Origin: an uncultured Verrucomicrobiota bacterium
GTDB lineage: Bacteria > Verrucomicrobiota > Kiritimatiellia > RFP12 > UBA1067
Direction: 5' to 3'
Assembly: GCA_946610035.1 (NCBI GenBank)
Contig: CAMOCC010000001.1
Coordinates: 35,948 to 99,947, forward strand
DNA length: 64,000 bases
Every line of letters starts with the position of its first letter. The stretch's first letter is position 1. The position numbers and the translations under genes were made by a program. The notes under the pieces are model-generated. The model did not search any database. It was not told the DNA's origin and worked only from the letters and a program-made list of their open reading frames with translations. This document shows positions 62,881-64,000 of the stretch, one piece after another.

Positions 62881-63003
62881 CATGAAGGACAAGACCTCGG
62901 CACACCCCCAATTCTATGGGTGGCGCGAGGGGGCCGGGAAGTGGTATAATTTGCGGTGTGCGGTGCGAAGGGTGCCGCGAGGCAAAAAAAGGAGGCTTTG
63001 AAG

Positions 63004-63978
63004 ATGAATACGACGCGCAGAGCGTTCACGATACTGTTGGCGGCGGCTTCGCTGGCCATAGGACTAGGCGGTTGCGCCACGGCACCCCACAGAAGTGCCT
63101 CCAGGACGGAGATGATCCGCGAAAAGCTCATGTCGTCCGACAGGAACTATGTATTCGTCGCCATGCACCGCGGCGACTGGCGGAACTATCCCGAGAACTC
63201 GAGGGACGCGATACTCTCCTGCATCGCGCTCGGCGCGGACATCGTGGAGCTGGACGTGCAGATGACGAAGGACGGACGATTCGTCCTCCTCCACGACGAC
63301 AAACTCGACCGCACCACGACCGGCAAGGGGAAGGTCTCGGAACATACGCTCGCCGAGATAAAGAAGCTCCGCCTCAAGTCCAACCAGGGCGGGAAGGACG
63401 CCAAGGCAACCGACTACGAGGTCCTCACCCTCGAGGAGGCGCTCGCCCTTGCGAAGGACAAGATCATCGTGAACATAGACAAGTTCACGCAGCATCCGTA
63501 CGAGATACTCCAGGCCGTGGACAAGGCGGGCGCGATGCGCGGGGTCCTGGTGAAGTCCACCCTCCGCCCCGCCGACGCGAAGAAGATGCTCCGCGAATAC
63601 TGGGCGCGCGTGGAGTCTGGGGAACTCCTCTACATGCCGGTCGTCCAGTTCTGCTGGAAGCACGACAACTATGCGGACGAGATGATGCCGCAATGGCTGG
63701 CGACGGAGCCTCGGAAGGCCTCGATGTACGAGTTCTGCATGGATTCGGACAAGGGTGCCGCCAAACTTGAGAGCATACGCTTCGCGCCGGGTTCGCCCCG
63801 CATCTGGATCAACACGATGTGGGACTCCCTCAACTGCGGACGAGGCGAGGCGCGCGGCTTCACCAATCCGGCCGGGACATGGGGCTGGAGCCTCGAGCAG
63901 GGCGCGACGATGCTCCAGACGGACTACGGCGCCGAGTTGCTCGTATACCTGAACAATATAGGCAGGCACACGCTCTGA
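63004..63978 (+). CDS. Glycerophosphodiester phosphodiesterase (GDPD) lipoprotein
   Basis: Lipobox LAIGLGGC. FVAMHRGDWRNYPENS...GADIVELDVQMTKDGRFVLLHDD. Upstream TGgTATAAT and AAAGGAGG SD. Confidence 0.8.
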   Translation: MNTTRRAFTILLAAASLAIGLGGCATAPHRSASRTEMIREKLMSSDRNYVFVAMHRGDWRNYPENSRDAILSCIALGADIVELDVQMTKDGRFVLLHDDKLDRTTTGKGKVSEHTLAEIKKLRLKSNQGGKDAKATDYEVLTLEEALALAKDKIIVNIDKFTQHPYEILQAVDKAGAMRGVLVKSTLRPADAKKMLREYWARVESGELLYMPVVQFCWKHDNYADEMMPQWLATEPRKASMYEFCMDSDKGAAKLESIRFAPGSPRIWINTMWDSLNCGRGEARGFTNPAGTWGWSLEQGATMLQTDYGAELLVYLNNIGRHTL

Positions 63979-64000
63979 GGGACGCAAAATGGGCTTCTTT

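Overview
High-GC (~65%) bacterial chromosomal window containing four blocks. (1) 440-7138, minus strand: a six-gene Hyf/Ech-type (group-4 [NiFe]-hydrogenase / complex-I-like) membrane-bound operon. Its large-subunit gene carries an in-frame array of a 48-bp palindromic repeat that also occurs outside genes at 1-150. (2) 7227-17207: housekeeping genes (argS, rplM-rpsI, DEAD-box helicase, rpsL-rpsG, an orphan ABC permease, a histidine phosphatase, thiamine pyrophosphokinase). (3) 17354-30173: a glycan-decoration cluster of roughly 14 tightly coupled genes (ATGA/TGATG overlaps). It encodes GT4 enzymes, an APH-like kinase fused to a GT10 fucosyltransferase, a TagF-like gene, a TagD/CCT-type cytidylyltransferase, LicD and an acetyltransferase. 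Heptanucleotide (AAAATGG)n tracts sit inside two of these genes. (4) 30227-54720: a surface-protein island built from two paralogous multi-gene cassettes in mirror-image orientation. Each cassette holds a PPIase lipoprotein, large secreted proteins with thioredoxin-like CxxC domains, a Wzy_C/O-antigen-ligase-like protein, a metzincin, a Cys-rich 'IWGCDCE' family protein, small proteins carrying a shared Lys-rich C-terminal module, and a HEAT-repeat membrane protein. Between the cassettes sits a tyrosine recombinase gene bracketed by ~295-bp perfect inverted repeats. The enclosed segment carries a strong sigma70-type promoter that is a near copy of the rpsL promoter. In the present orientation it points at one of two paralogous 'IWGCDCE' genes. 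Inversion would switch it to the other. This looks like an undescribed promoter-inversion (phase/antigenic variation) switch. The window ends with a metallophosphoesterase, an ECF-like sigma factor, ruvC, hemolysin-III, a NarL-type two-component pair and a GDPD lipoprotein. Many genes carry extended -10 elements (TGnTATAAT) only 7-12 nt upstream of the start codon, which suggests widespread leaderless or near-leaderless mRNAs.
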